The notes under the pieces: generated by a model
The model's database searches: none
Seen by the model: the letters and a program-made list of their open reading frames with translations, nothing else
Told to the model about the DNA's origin: nothing
Translations under genes and position numbers: made by a program
DNA from: an uncultured Pseudomonadota bacterium
Lineage (GTDB): Bacteria; Pseudomonadota; Alphaproteobacteria; JACZXZ01
Direction of reading: 5' to 3'
NCBI GenBank assembly: GCA_963749075.1
Contig: CAVVLJ010000017.1
Location: 192,001 to 256,000, forward strand
DNA length: 64,000 nucleotides
Shown: one piece after another, positions 45,093 to 56,260 of the stretch
Layout of the letters: the number at the start of each line of letters is the position of its first letter
Position numbering within the stretch: the stretch's first letter is position 1

Positions 45093-45340
45093 GGGGCCTC
45101 CAGGGAAGTGCGAGCGCCTCAAAATAGTCCCTTTCGCCGCTTAGGTCCAAGTCGGGGGAGGCCGCGGGCGCCGGCAAAAGCCGCAGGTTTCCACGGGGTT
45201 TTGGCGCCGATTTGAGCAATGCTAACCGGGGAGGGCTAGGCCGCGCATGGAGCATTGAACTTGCGCCCAAATGACGGCATTCTTGCGCTATGGGCGGCAA
45301 AGCCGCTATCCGTTAACGAACACTCGACAGGGAGGAGCAA

Positions 45341-46603
45341 ATGACTAAGGCGAATGTGCGCAAGGGCGCGTCCGGGGTGAGCCGCCGCGGGCTCTTGCAG
45401 GCAGGTGCTGCACTCGGCGTCCTGCAAGTGACGGCACCCTTCATCCTGAGCGCGCGCGGCGAAGCGCCGGTCAAGATCGGCTTGGTCGATCCGCTGACCG
45501 GCGTGCTGTCGGCGCTGGCGCAAAGCGAGGTCGACGGCGCCAAGTACGCCGAGGCCGAAATCAACAAGAAGGGCGGCATTCTCGGCCGCCAGGTCCAGCT
45601 CCTGGTCGAGGACTCGGCCAATGACGTGGGCACCGGCGTGCAGAAGACGCGGAAGCTCATCGACCGCGACAAGGTCGACGTGATTCTGGGCGACGTGAAC
45701 TCCGGCATCGCCTACGCGATGTCGCAGGTGACCAGCGAGAAGAAAGTCTTCCATATCGTGCCCGGCGGCCATACCGATCCGATCACCGGCACCAATTGCA
45801 AATGGAACGTCTTCCGCGTCTGCAACACCACCACGATGGACGCGGAGGCGGTCACGCCCGAGCTGGTGAAGCGGTTCGGCAAGAAATGGTTCTTCGTGAC
45901 ACCGGACTATGCGTACGGCCATACGCTGCAGGACGCCTTCATCAAGGCCCTGACGAAGCTGGGCGGCACCTACGACGGCGACTATCTGCCGATCAACAAC
46001 ACCGATTTCTCCGCCACCCTGATCAAGGCCAAGGGTTTCAAGCCGAACGTGCTGCTCAACAACATGGGCGGGCTGACGCAGATCAACTGCATGAAGCAAT
46101 TCACCCAGTTCGGCTTGCAGAAGGACATGGCGCTCGGCGGCGCGCTCTTCGAGCTGGAGAGCGTCAAGGCGCTGCCGCCGGAGGCGCAAGCCGGCTGGTG
46201 GGACATGGAGTGGTGGTGGAATCAGCCCAAAGTGCCCGAGGTCGTGAAATTCGTCGCCGACTACCGTGCGGCGACCAAGAAGACGCCCTCCGCGCGCGAC
46301 TGGTTCGGCTATGTCTCGATGCATACGGTGCGGCTCGGGGCGGAGAAGGCGAAGTCGCTCGACGGCCTCAAAATGGCCAAGGCGATGGAGGACCTCGAGC
46401 TGCCGCCGGACGTGGCGCTGCAGCCCGGCAAGGTGCGTTATCGCGCGGGCGACCACGAGCTGATGCCCAACATCTTCGTCGGCGAAATGCATCCGCCGAA
46501 GGGAGCCCCGGACGACGTATTCACGGTCGCCGAGATGATACCGGGCGAACAGGCCGCCGGCTCGGTCGCCAACACCGGCTGCAAGATGGTTTACCCGAGC
46601 TGA
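45341..46603 (+). CDS. Branched-chain amino acid-type ABC transporter substrate-binding protein (Tat signal)
   Basis: SRRGLL Tat motif, VKIGLVDPLTG, INKKGGILGR, DYAYG. Confidence 0.9.
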   Translation: MTKANVRKGASGVSRRGLLQAGAALGVLQVTAPFILSARGEAPVKIGLVDPLTGVLSALAQSEVDGAKYAEAEINKKGGILGRQVQLLVEDSANDVGTGVQKTRKLIDRDKVDVILGDVNSGIAYAMSQVTSEKKVFHIVPGGHTDPITGTNCKWNVFRVCNTTTMDAEAVTPELVKRFGKKWFFVTPDYAYGHTLQDAFIKALTKLGGTYDGDYLPINNTDFSATLIKAKGFKPNVLLNNMGGLTQINCMKQFTQFGLQKDMALGGALFELESVKALPPEAQAGWWDMEWWWNQPKVPEVVKFVADYRAATKKTPSARDWFGYVSMHTVRLGAEKAKSLDGLKMAKAMEDLELPPDVALQPGKVRYRAGDHELMPNIFVGEMHPPKGAPDDVFTVAEMIPGEQAAGSVANTGCKMVYPS

Positions 46604-46619
46604 TCCGCGCCGCGAAACG

Positions 46620-46662
46620 CCTCCCTCCGCCGCGCGGCTGACGGCCGGCGGCGGAGGGAGGG
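46620..46662 (+). other. Intercistronic stem-loop after the SBP gene (probable mRNA stabiliser or attenuator)
   Basis: CCTCCCTCCGCCGC...GCGGCGGAGGGAGG 14-bp stem, no U-tract. Confidence 0.55.
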
Positions 46663-46698
46663 GTCGCCTGCCAGGGAATTTCGAGCGAAGAGCGGCCG

Positions 46699-47568
46699 AT
46701 GGCGCAAGTCATACTGTTCAACGTCACCAATGGGCTGATCATCGGCGCCTTCTACGTGCTGATGGCACTCGGCCTCTCGCTCATCCTCAATCTCAGCAAC
46801 GTCATCAACTTCGCGCACGGCAATTTCCTGGCGCTCGGCGGCTATCTGGCGTTCATGCTGTCGCCCACGCTCGGCTATTGGGGCGCGCTCCTGGTCTCGC
46901 CGCTGCTCACGGCGCTCATCGGCGTGGCGGTCGAGCGGCTGATGATCCGCAGGGTCTATAACCGCGATCCGGTCTATAGCCTGCTGCTCACCTTCGGACT
47001 CGCGTTCGTGATGCAGGACATGGCGCGCTACATCTGGGGCCCGAACGGTCTGCCGATGGGCCTGCCGGCCGCCTTGGCGCAGCCCATCAGCGCTGAGCTC
47101 TTCTTCATCACCTGGTACCGCATCTTCATGGTGACGATCGTCATCGTCGCCGTGGTCGGCCTCTTCGCCTTCCTGCGCTATACCCGGGTGGGCCTGCGCA
47201 TCCGCGCAGGCACGCTCGATCTCGAAACCGTGGCCTCGCTGGGCGTCAACGTTCATCTCCTGCGCACGCTCAATTTCTCCGTGGGCTGCCTCTTGGCGGG
47301 CCTGAGCGGCGTGCTCGCCGCCGGGCAGATCGGCCTCAATCCCAACATGGGCGATGACCTCCTGATGCCGAGCTTCATCGCGATCATCGTCGGCGGCGTC
47401 GGCAGCCTCACCGGCACTTTGTTCGGCGGCCTGCTGATCGGCGTGGCGGCGGCGCTGACCACCGTCGTCTACCCCGCCGCGAGCGAGGCGGTCATCTACG
47501 TGATCCTGGTGCTCGTGCTCCTCATCCGGCCGCGCGGTCTCATGGGCGAGGAAGGGATGCTGACATGA
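46699..47568 (+). CDS. livH: BCAA ABC permease (LivH-like)
   Basis: LMALGLSLI...INFAHG, TRVGLRIRA, IIVGGVGS. Confidence 0.9.
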   Translation: MAQVILFNVTNGLIIGAFYVLMALGLSLILNLSNVINFAHGNFLALGGYLAFMLSPTLGYWGALLVSPLLTALIGVAVERLMIRRVYNRDPVYSLLLTFGLAFVMQDMARYIWGPNGLPMGLPAALAQPISAELFFITWYRIFMVTIVIVAVVGLFAFLRYTRVGLRIRAGTLDLETVASLGVNVHLLRTLNFSVGCLLAGLSGVLAAGQIGLNPNMGDDLLMPSFIAIIVGGVGSLTGTLFGGLLIGVAAALTTVVYPAASEAVIYVILVLVLLIRPRGLMGEEGMLT

Positions 47569-48541
47569 GCACCGCGATCGCCGCCACCGCGGTGCGCCGC
47601 TCGGCCGAGCGGCGCTGGCTGCCGCTCGTCGCCATCTGGGCGGTGCTGCTCGCGGTGCCGTTCTGGCTCCCGATGCTCGGCGGCTATACCGCGCTCGCCG
47701 GGCGCGTGCTGGTGCTCGGGCTGGCGGCCATGGGGCTCAACATGCTGTTGGGCTTCACCGGCGTCCTGAGCTTCGGCCACGCGGCCTATTTCGGGCTCGG
47801 CGCCTATGGCGCCGGCCTCACCCTCAGATACCTCGTGCATAGCACGCCGCTCGCCATGCTCGCCGGCACGCTGCTCGGCGGCCTGGCCGGCATGCTGTTC
47901 GGCCTCTTGATCGTGCGGCGGCGCGGCGTCTATTTCGCGATGTGCACCATCGCCTTCGGACAGATCTGCTATTACATCGCCTATAGTTGGAACGACTTCA
48001 CCGGCGGTTTCGACGGGCTGCGCGATTTCCACCGCGAGCCGATCGGATGGGGAGCGCTCACCCTCGACATCACGGAAGGCGGCGCCCGGTTCTACTATTT
48101 CCTCCTGGCGATCTTCGCCGCGGCCCTGGCGTTGATGGGCCTTCTCCTGCGCTCCCCCTTCGGCCGCACCTTGCGCGCCATCCGCGAGAACGAGCGCCGC
48201 GCGCGTTTCCTCGGCATTCCGGTGGAGCGGCACATCTGGCTGTCGTTCACGATCTCCTGCTTCTTCACGGCACTCGCCGGGACGCTCTATGCGCTCCTCA
48301 ACAATTTCGCCGATCCCTTGGCCCTGCATTACTCGCTGTCGGGCTATTTCGTGGTTATGGCGGTGATGGGCGGCATGCGCTCGTTCTGGGGGCCGCTCCT
48401 GGGGGCGGCGGTGTTCGTCGTGCTGCAGGACTACATATCGTCGATGACGGTGAACTGGATGTCGTTCATCGGGCTGATCTTCGTGCTGGTCGTGCTGTTC
48501 TTCCCCCGCGGCCTGCTCGGCATGCTGCGGCGGCGAGCGGC

Positions 48542-48545
<4 letters not shown>
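47565..48545 (+). CDS. livM: BCAA ABC permease (LivM-like)
   Basis: GFTGVLSFGHAAYFGLGAY, GVYFAMCT, SPFGRTLRAIRENE. Confidence 0.9.
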
Positions 48546-49287
<742 letters not shown>

Positions 49288-49291
<4 letters not shown>

Positions 49292-50011
49292 AGCCGCTCG
49301 AGGCCGCGGGCCTGCACACTTTTTACGGCAAGAGCCACATTCTGCACGGCGTCGGGTTGGAGGTGAACGAGGGCGAGATCGTGACCCTCCTCGGCCGCAA
49401 CGGCAGCGGCAAGACCACCACGCTTCGCAGCATCATGGGCTTAACGCCGCCGCGCGAAGGCAGCGTCAAGATATTCGGCCAGGAGGCGAGCCGGATGCCG
49501 ACCTTCCAGATCGCGGCACTGGGCATCGGCTATGTGCCGGAAGGCCGCAAGATTTTCGCCAACCTCTCGGTCGAGGAGAATTCTGAGGGTCCCGCTGGTG
49601 CGGCCGGGCCCGTGGACGATCGAGCGCATCTTCGAGAACTTTCCGCAGCTCGCCGAGCGGCGCGGCAATCGCGGCCGGCAGCTCTCCGGCGGCGAGCAGG
49701 AAATGCTGTCGATCGGCCGGGCGCTGCTGATCAACCCCAAGCTCCTTCTCCTCGACGAGCCTTCCCAGGGCTTGGCGCCGTTGATCGTCAAGGAGGTCTT
49801 CCGCATCATCGAACTGATGCGCGACGAGGGCATCTCGGTGCTGCTGGTCGAGCAGAACGTGCGCGTCAGCCTAGCGATCGCCGACCGCGCCTATGTGCTG
49901 AACGAGGGCGAGATCGTCTATAGCGGCAGCGCCGCCACGCTCGCCGCGGACGAGGAGCGCGTCCGCGCCATGGCCGGCGCCAGCGCCGAGGAGTGGTCGA
50001 TCGAGGCCTAG
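49288..50011 (+). pseudogene. livF: BCAA ABC ATPase (LivF-like), 1-nt frameshift near 49582
   Basis: YGKSHIL..LLGRNGSGKTT..VPEGRKIF..VEEN, then LRVPL...LSGGEQEML...LLDEPSQGLAP in the next frame. Confidence 0.88.
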
Positions 50012-50068
50012 CGCCCGCCATCATCGTTCAATCGTGCGTCACCCCCTCCCCACCCTCCCCCCTCAAGG

Positions 50069-51264
50069 CAGGGGAATCGCATATGAGTAAAGATCTATTG
50101 CGTGCGGGGCGAAATTGGATTCTGAGAAGGCTCTCTTCTGGTGGAGGGGCCTTCGATGGAAACACTGATCAGTATTTTCCGAGAAGTTCGCGACCCGAGG
50201 GACGTGAATTCGCGGCATTTGGTGGGTTCGATGCTGTTCATCTCGCTGGCAGCGACGCTGTGCGGGGCGAAGAGTGCGGTCGATATTGCCGACTTTGGCG
50301 AGGCGAATGGGCAAATGCTTGGCGAGATTGTCGAGCTGCCGCATGGCGTGCCGAGCCACGACTGCTTCAGCCGGCTGTTCCGGCTGCTCGAGCCGGCGGA
50401 ATTGGCCACGGCGCTCGCCCGCTTTGCCCAGGCGCTGCGGACGGCGCTGGGGCTGGGCGCGCCGCGGGGCGTTGTCGCCATCGACGGCAAGAGCCTGCGC
50501 CGCGGCTACGAGCGGGGTCGCGCCTTCATGCCGCCGCTGATGGTCAGTGTGTGGGATGCCGAGACGCGGCTGTCGATCGCGGCGCGCCGCGCCGAGGGGG
50601 GCGACGAGATCGCCGCCACGCTGGACGTGCTGAAAAGCTTGGTGCTGAAAGGCTGTACCGTCACCGCCGACGCGCTGCATTGTCATCCGCGCATGGCCGA
50701 AGCGGTCCGCGCGAGTGGCGCTCACTATGCCCTTGGACTGAAGGGCAACCACGGACCGCTCCATCGTGCCGCGCTTGCCGGCTTCGCGAGGGCCGAGGCT
50801 GCGGGCCGGCTCAGCTCGCACGAACAGCTCGAAAGCGGCCACGACCGCCGCGAACGGCGCCGGGTCAGCGTCATCGCCGCGCCGGCCGACGCGCCGGCGT
50901 TCCCACATCTCGCGGCCTTGGCCCGCATCGAGGCCGAGCGCACCGCCCACAGCGGCAAGCGCGAAACCGCCGCCCGCTACGTGGCGCTCTCCAAGCGTCT
51001 CTCGCCGCGCCAAGTGCTCGATGTGACGCGCGCCCATTGGAGTGTCGAAAACCACCTTCATTGGTCCCTCGACGTCGTCTTCCACGAGGACGACGCCCGA
51101 ACGCGAAAGAATTACGGCCCACAAAATCTTGCAGTCATCCGGCGAATGGCACTCGACATCTTGCGAGCTCATCCCGATACTCGCTCCATCTCCCGAAAAA
51201 TGAAGCGCGCATCGTGGAGCAGAGAATTCTTCTTCGACCTCTTTACTCATATGCGATAGCCCTG
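50069..51264 (+). mobile_element. ISAs1-family insertion sequence (1196 bp)
   Basis: 25-bp terminal IRs CAGGG(GA/CT)ATCGCATATGAGTAAAGA, 9-bp target duplication CCCTCAAGG (50060-50068 and 51265-51273), internal transposase. Confidence 0.95.
50156..51259 (+). CDS. ISAs1 family transposase
   Basis: DPR, PSHD, AIDGKSLR, TADALHC, LKGN, HWSVENHLHWSLDVVFHED. Confidence 0.95.
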   Translation: METLISIFREVRDPRDVNSRHLVGSMLFISLAATLCGAKSAVDIADFGEANGQMLGEIVELPHGVPSHDCFSRLFRLLEPAELATALARFAQALRTALGLGAPRGVVAIDGKSLRRGYERGRAFMPPLMVSVWDAETRLSIAARRAEGGDEIAATLDVLKSLVLKGCTVTADALHCHPRMAEAVRASGAHYALGLKGNHGPLHRAALAGFARAEAAGRLSSHEQLESGHDRRERRRVSVIAAPADAPAFPHLAALARIEAERTAHSGKRETAARYVALSKRLSPRQVLDVTRAHWSVENHLHWSLDVVFHEDDARTRKNYGPQNLAVIRRMALDILRAHPDTRSISRKMKRASWSREFFFDLFTHMR

Positions 51265-51305
51265 CCCTCAAGGGGGAGGGGGTATTTTTGCCATGCCATA
51301 TAGTT

Positions 51306-51449
51306 CCCCTCTCCCGCCTGCGGGAGAGGGAGGGGCCCGCGGCCGTAAGGCCGTGGGAGGGTGAGGGACAACGCCGACATCTGGCCTTCCCTCACCCTTC
51401 CCGTTGCTGCGCAACGGGCCCCTTCCCTCTCCCGTAAACGGGAGAGGGG
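51306..51449. repeat. Composite REP-like element (two inverted units) downstream of parC
   Basis: CCCTCTCCCGCCTGCGGGAGAGGG...GGGAGGGTGAGGG and inverted CCCTCACCCTTCCC...CCCTCTCCCGTAAACGGGAGAGGG. Confidence 0.85.
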
Positions 51450-51450
51450 A

Positions 51451-53679
51451 TCAATCGAACCTCCCGGCGCGCGGGAAGCCGGCGGGCGGCAGGCGGCCGG
51501 CCTGGGCGCGCGCGCCGAGCCACTCCTTGAGCTCGGCCTTGGCGAAGGTGCGCGCGCGCTCGCCGGTGCGGCAGGCGAGCCCCGCCTCGATCTCGAAGGT
51601 CTTCACACAGGCGAGCCCGCCCTGCTTGTAGCGCTGCAGGATGACGCCGCGGCCGCGCGCCATCTCGGGCACCTCGGCGAGCGGGAAGAGGAGGAGCTTG
51701 CGGTTCTCGCCGAGGACCGCGACCCAGTCGCCCGCCACGGCTGCCGCGGCCACGGCCTCGACGCCGGGTGCCAGGTTGAGCACCTGGCGTCCGCCGCGCG
51801 TGCTCGCCACCGCGTCCTCGGCCTTGACCACGAAGCCGCGCCCGTCGTGCGAAGCGACGAGCAGGCGCTCCTCGGACTTGAAGACCCGCATGGCCACGAG
51901 GTCCTGGTCGTTGCCGAGCTCGATCATGAGACGGAGCGGCTCGCCGAAGCCGCGCCCGCCCGGCAGCTTGTCGCAGCCGACCGTATAGAAGCGGCCGTTG
52001 GTGGCGAAGACGAGGAGCTTGTCCGTGGTCTCGGCATGGACGACGAACTTGCCGCGGTCGCCCTCCTTGTATTTGAGCTCGGCCGCGTCGGCGAGGTGGC
52101 CCTTGACGCTCCTGATCCAGCCCTTCTCCGAGCAGATCACCGTGATCGGCTCGCGCTCGACATAGGCCTCGAGCGGCACCTCCTCGAGGACGGGTGCGCT
52201 GCCGATCTCGGTGCGCCGCCGGCCGAGCGCCGTCTTGGGCCCGAAGCGGCCCTTGAGCGCGCGCAGCTCCTCGCCCACCCTCTTCCAGCGCTTGTCCCCG
52301 TCCTTGAGCAGCGCCTTGAGCTCGGCGCGTTCCAGGGAGAGCTTCTTGTGCTCCTCCTTGATGGCGATCTCCTCGAGCCGGCGCAGCGCGCGCAAGCGCA
52401 TGTTGAGGATCGCCTCGACCTGCGCCTCGGAGAGCTTGAAGCGCTTCATCAGGGCCGCCTTGGCGTCGTCCTCCTCGCGGATGATGCGGATGACCTCGTC
52501 GAGATTGAGATAGATGACGCGGAAGCCCTCGAGGATCTCGAGGCGCTCCTCGATCTTGCCGAGGCGGTGGCGCGAGCGGCGCACCAGCACCTCGTGGCGG
52601 TGGTCGAGATAGGCGCGCAGCACCTCGCGCAGGCTCATCACGCGCGGCGTCAAGCCGCCGTCGAGCACGTTCATGTTGAGGCCGACGCGCACCTCGAGCT
52701 CGGTCTGGCGGAAGAGCGTCTCCATCAGCACGCCGGCCTCGACGTTGCGGCTCTTGGGCTCGAGCACGAGGCGGATGTCGTCGGCCGATTCGTCGCGCAC
52801 GTCGGCCAAGAGTGCGAGCTTGCGCTCGGCGAGGAGCTCGGCGATGCGCTCGATGAGGCGCGCCTTTTGCACCTGGTAGGGAATCTCGCGCACCACGACC
52901 TGGTAGGTGCCGCCCTTGAGCTTCTCCACCTCCCAGCGCGCGCGCAGGCGGAAGCTGCCGCGCCCGCTCGCGTAGGCGGCAGTGATGCTCTCGCGCGGCT
53001 CCACGAGCACGCCGCCGGTGGGGAAGTCCGGGCCGGGTATGAAGCGCTGAAGCGTGTCGATGCGCGCCTCGGGATGCTCGATGAGGTGGAGGAGGGCGTC
53101 GCAGAGCTCGCCCACATTGTGCGGCGGGATGCTCGTCGCCATGCCGACGGCGATGCCCTGGGCGCCGTTCGCCAAGAGGTTCGGGAAGTTGGCCGGCAGC
53201 ACCACCGGCTCGGCACCCTCGCCGTCGTAGGTCGGGCGGAAGTCGACCGCGCCCTCGTCGATGCCCTCGAGCAGGAGCTCGGCCACGGCGGTCATGCGCG
53301 CCTCCGTGTAGCGCATGGCCGCGGCATTGTCGCCGTCCACGTTGCCGAAATTGCCCTGGCCGTCGACGAGGGGGTAGCGCGCGGCGAACTCCTGCGCCAG
53401 GCGCACGAGCGCGTCATAGATCGCGTCGTTGCCGTGGGGGTGATACTTGCCCATCACGTCGCCCACGATGCGCGCGCATTTCTTGAAGCCCTGGCCGGGA
53501 TCGAGGCGCAGCTCGCGCATGGCGTGGAGGAGCCGGCGGTGCACCGGCTTCAAGCCGTCGCGCACGTCGGGCAGCGAGCGCGCCATGATCGTCGAGAGCG
53601 CGTAGGAGAGATAGCGCTCGCTGAGCGCGTCCGCGAAGGGCGTCGAGCGGATCTCTCCAGCGCTCGTGCTGTTGGCCAT
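51451..53679 (-). CDS. parC: DNA topoisomerase IV subunit A
   Basis: [40 protein letters not shown]; 742 aa. Confidence 0.96.
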   Translation of the reverse strand: MANSTSAGEIRSTPFADALSERYLSYALSTIMARSLPDVRDGLKPVHRRLLHAMRELRLDPGQGFKKCARIVGDVMGKYHPHGNDAIYDALVRLAQEFAARYPLVDGQGNFGNVDGDNAAAMRYTEARMTAVAELLLEGIDEGAVDFRPTYDGEGAEPVVLPANFPNLLANGAQGIAVGMATSIPPHNVGELCDALLHLIEHPEARIDTLQRFIPGPDFPTGGVLVEPRESITAAYASGRGSFRLRARWEVEKLKGGTYQVVVREIPYQVQKARLIERIAELLAERKLALLADVRDESADDIRLVLEPKSRNVEAGVLMETLFRQTELEVRVGLNMNVLDGGLTPRVMSLREVLRAYLDHRHEVLVRRSRHRLGKIEERLEILEGFRVIYLNLDEVIRIIREEDDAKAALMKRFKLSEAQVEAILNMRLRALRRLEEIAIKEEHKKLSLERAELKALLKDGDKRWKRVGEELRALKGRFGPKTALGRRRTEIGSAPVLEEVPLEAYVEREPITVICSEKGWIRSVKGHLADAAELKYKEGDRGKFVVHAETTDKLLVFATNGRFYTVGCDKLPGGRGFGEPLRLMIELGNDQDLVAMRVFKSEERLLVASHDGRGFVVKAEDAVASTRGGRQVLNLAPGVEAVAAAAVAGDWVAVLGENRKLLLFPLAEVPEMARGRGVILQRYKQGGLACVKTFEIEAGLACRTGERARTFAKAELKEWLGARAQAGRLPPAGFPRAGRFD

Positions 53680-53727
53680 GAGGACTCCTTGGAGACGCGA
53701 GATATAGTAGCCGGCCGCGCGGCCCCG

Positions 53728-54513
53728 TCAATCGCTCGTAGGGGGCGGGGCGGCAGAGCTCTCGGCGGCGCCGTTGCGCCGGAGCGCCCGGCTAAGGCGC
53801 TCCATGAGGTTGAGGCGCGCCTGGGGCAGCTCGCGGTGGAGGGCCGCGAAGACGTGGCGCTCGAGGAAATGGCCGGTCAGCGCCAGGCCGGCGACGATGT
53901 CGCCGTCGGCGGGCGCCTCTCCGGGCCGGCTGAGAAAGCGCGGCAGTGGGAGGAGCCGCTCCTTGTAGGGCGCTGCGGCGGCTTCGGTCACCGCGCGCCC
54001 GGTGCGCGGCGAGACGAAGGCGAGATCGTGGCTGCGCCCGGTCACGGCGCAGTGCGAGAGCTCGAGGCCGAAGCCGAGCTCGCTCAAGAGGCCGAGCTCC
54101 CAGGCGACCTGGGCCCTGCCCCAGCCGGCGATGCGCTCGCTCGCAGCCAAGGCCGCGATGAGCGCGACGAGGCCGTCGAAGATGGCCGGGTGCGGCTCGC
54201 GCTCGGGCAGTGCCGCCTCGGCAAGTGCCGCACTCGCGGCAAGGGCTGCAAGGCGCAGGGGATCGTCGAGCAGCAATGCCGAACCGCTGGCGAGGAGCTC
54301 GCAGGCATAGCTGCCGAGATGCTCGGCGAGCCGCGCGCGCCAAGCCGCATGCACCCGGTTGCCCGGCTGGAGCATGGCGCGCCCCTTGCTGGCGCCGCCG
54401 CCGTGGACGAGCCCGGCATGGCGCCCGTGATCGCGCGTGAGGAGCTGCACGATCGCGGCACTCTCCCCGTGCTTGCGCGCGGAGAGCACGATCCCTTCGT
54501 CGGCCCATTCCAT
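53728..54513 (-). CDS. recO: DNA repair protein RecO
   Basis: MEWADEGIVL.ARKHGE, LQPGN.V...WRARL, ELGFGL, CAVTG, VSPRTGRAV. Confidence 0.95.
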   Translation of the reverse strand: MEWADEGIVLSARKHGESAAIVQLLTRDHGRHAGLVHGGGASKGRAMLQPGNRVHAAWRARLAEHLGSYACELLASGSALLLDDPLRLAALAASAALAEAALPEREPHPAIFDGLVALIAALAASERIAGWGRAQVAWELGLLSELGFGLELSHCAVTGRSHDLAFVSPRTGRAVTEAAAAPYKERLLPLPRFLSRPGEAPADGDIVAGLALTGHFLERHVFAALHRELPQARLNLMERLSRALRRNGAAESSAAPPPTSD

Positions 54514-54566
54514 GAGAGGGGTTTAGCGCAACCGCGGCAACGTGGCGAGAGGGCGCGGTACCTCTC

Positions 54567-55508
54567 TCATTGCGCGCCGGCGTAGCTCGCCTGAGGGCCG
54601 AGTGCCGCGAAGAAGCCCACGCCGAGCGCCTGGCCGAGCGGCAGCCCGCCCGGCTCCCCCGCCGGAGCCGCGAAGCTGATGCGGAGCGGGCCCTTGGGTG
54701 CGCGGTAATCCTTGAGGAAGGCAAGGAGGGTATTGAGGAGCGGGAGTGCTGGCGTGCCCTCCTTGAGCGCCGCCAGGCCGAGCACGGCGGACCATTCGAC
54801 GATGACGAGGTTCTCGCTCGCGTGCTGGCTGCGCGCCGTGGCGGCCACCAGCCTCTCGAGGAGCGAGCGGTCGTCGTAAACCACGCGGCCGGAGCGCAGC
54901 GTGAGTGCCGCAATGGTGGGGAGGCGGAAGCGTCCGCCGCGCGCGGCGAGGCCGCCGAGGTCGAGCGCGGCCTCGAGGCGGCCGAGGCCGGCTATGTCGA
55001 GCGACAAGCGGGCGAGGTGGAGCTCTTCGCCGCCGCGCACGCGGTAGTCGATCGCGAGATTCGCCCGGAAGGGGCCCGGACCGAGCGCAGCCCCTACCTC
55101 GGGCGGCAGCATCAAGGAGGCCGGCGAGGCGGAGATGCCCTCGAGCCGCGCGCGGAGGAAGGACGGCGCGTCGCCGTGGCGCAAGCTCTCGAAGTCGATG
55201 TCGTCGATCGTCACGCGGGCGACGCGGAGCGGCGGCAGGGGGCCGCGCGCGGCAGCGAACGGCGTCAGCACCACGCCTTCGAGGACGAGGCTCTTGGGGC
55301 CGGTCGCCCGTGCGCTCTGCCAGGCGAGCTCGGCCGGGCGCAGCGCCGGCCTGGCGAGCTCCGCGAAGAGCGTCACCGAATCCGCGGCGCGCGCCGGGCT
55401 CGATCCCGCCGGCAGGAAAAGCGCTGCGGCGAGAAATGCGGCCTCCAGCATGGCGCGCGCCGCGAGCCGGCGGCCGCCGCGGGCCCGATGGGGAAACTCC
55501 GAGGGCAT
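54567..55508 (-). CDS. Secreted hypothetical protein, paralog of 60483..61811
   Basis: GAGGAGG RBS before MPSEF; signal peptide; shares AADSV.LF, ATGP.SLVL, VTIDDIDF...GDAP..LRAR, DYRAPKGPL.I.FA, ASYAG with the paralog. Confidence 0.75.
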   Translation of the reverse strand: MPSEFPHRARGGRRLAARAMLEAAFLAAALFLPAGSSPARAADSVTLFAELARPALRPAELAWQSARATGPKSLVLEGVVLTPFAAARGPLPPLRVARVTIDDIDFESLRHGDAPSFLRARLEGISASPASLMLPPEVGAALGPGPFRANLAIDYRVRGGEELHLARLSLDIAGLGRLEAALDLGGLAARGGRFRLPTIAALTLRSGRVVYDDRSLLERLVAATARSQHASENLVIVEWSAVLGLAALKEGTPALPLLNTLLAFLKDYRAPKGPLRISFAAPAGEPGGLPLGQALGVGFFAALGPQASYAGAQ

Positions 55509-55632
55509 GGGCACCTCCTCTCCTCCGCTTATCACGTTCGCCCTGCGGGAGCCATCGCGAGCTGCGGACGCCGTCATCCGGAAACCCGCCGGCGGAGCGC
55601 CGCCAGCGGCCGCGCTCATTGCCAGCGTCGCC

Positions 55633-55690
55633 CTTGACGAGTGGTATTTTTATCTACAAACTGCAATTATAGCGTGCTTTCTATAGGGCG
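55633..55690 (+). promoter_or_regulatory. Possible promoter of the peptide cluster
   Basis: CTTGACG followed by an AT-rich tract about 60-110 nt upstream of the first peptide gene. Confidence 0.3.
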
Positions 55691-55746
55691 ATGCCGGCCA
55701 ATGCGCCGATCGTCGCATCTTTCACCGCAACCGGGAGGACCTCGCC

Positions 55747-55935
55747 ATGGCCGAGACGCATCCCCACACGGAAGAAGGCAAGAAGATCCTTGCGGAATTG
55801 AAGGAGAAGGGCATCGCCGACCTCGACACCCTCGTGCGCAAGATCACCGAGGACAAGACGGCGGCCGCCCGGGCAAGGATGCTGGTCTGCAACAGCCAGC
55901 ACTGGTGCATCATCGTCAAGCCGCTCTCCGCTTGA
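55747..55935 (+). CDS. Putative RiPP precursor peptide A (62 aa)
   Basis: GGGAGGA RBS; MAETHPHTEEGKKILAELKEKGIADLDTLVRKIT...RMLVCNSQHWCIIVKPLSA; tandem paralog downstream. Confidence 0.8.
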   Translation: MAETHPHTEEGKKILAELKEKGIADLDTLVRKITEDKTAAARARMLVCNSQHWCIIVKPLSA

Positions 55936-56048
55936 GGCGGCGGAACGCCTGAGCCGCGCCGGCTGAGTGCCGTAAGGCGCCGCGGCTCCCGGCTGCGGCG
56001 CCCTCGCCGGTGCGGGCCGCCGGCAAGACGCAATGGGAGGACCCCAAG

Positions 56049-56231
56049 ATGGCCGAGACGCATCCTCACAGCGAAGAAGGCAAGAAGATCCTCGCGGAAT
56101 TGAAGGACAAGGGCATCGCCGACCTCGACACCCTCGTGCGCAGGGTCACGGCGGACAAGCCGGCCGCCGTCCCGGATCGCATGCTCATCTGCAACCCAAA
56201 TCACTGGTGCATCATCGTGCCGAGGAAATAG
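56049..56231 (+). CDS. Putative RiPP precursor peptide B (60 aa)
   Basis: GGGAGGA RBS; MAETHPHSEEGKKILAELKDKGIADLDTLVRRVT...RMLICNPNHWCIIVPRK; 45/57 aa identical to peptide A without gaps. Confidence 0.8.
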   Translation: MAETHPHSEEGKKILAELKDKGIADLDTLVRRVTADKPAAVPDRMLICNPNHWCIIVPRK

Positions 56232-56260
56232 GGCGCCGCAGCGGCGGGCCGGAGCCGCCG

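Noticed and set aside
45200-45240. SAM-II riboswitch-like start (GGCGCCGATTTG...GCTAA) near cbs
   Set aside because: Lacks the TTGC...GCGC pairing strand and lies on the strand opposite to cbs
51361-54585. 1074-aa ORF on + strand (and similar long ORFs at 5136, 9457, 22807, 42122)
   Set aside because: Antisense shadow frames of parC/recO, rib genes, glyA and others; expected in high-GC DNA
55747-56231. Peptides as type II toxin-antitoxin or HTH regulators
   Set aside because: Two near-identical copies with a hydrophobic Cys/Trp tail and no recognisable toxin or HTH/RHH pattern
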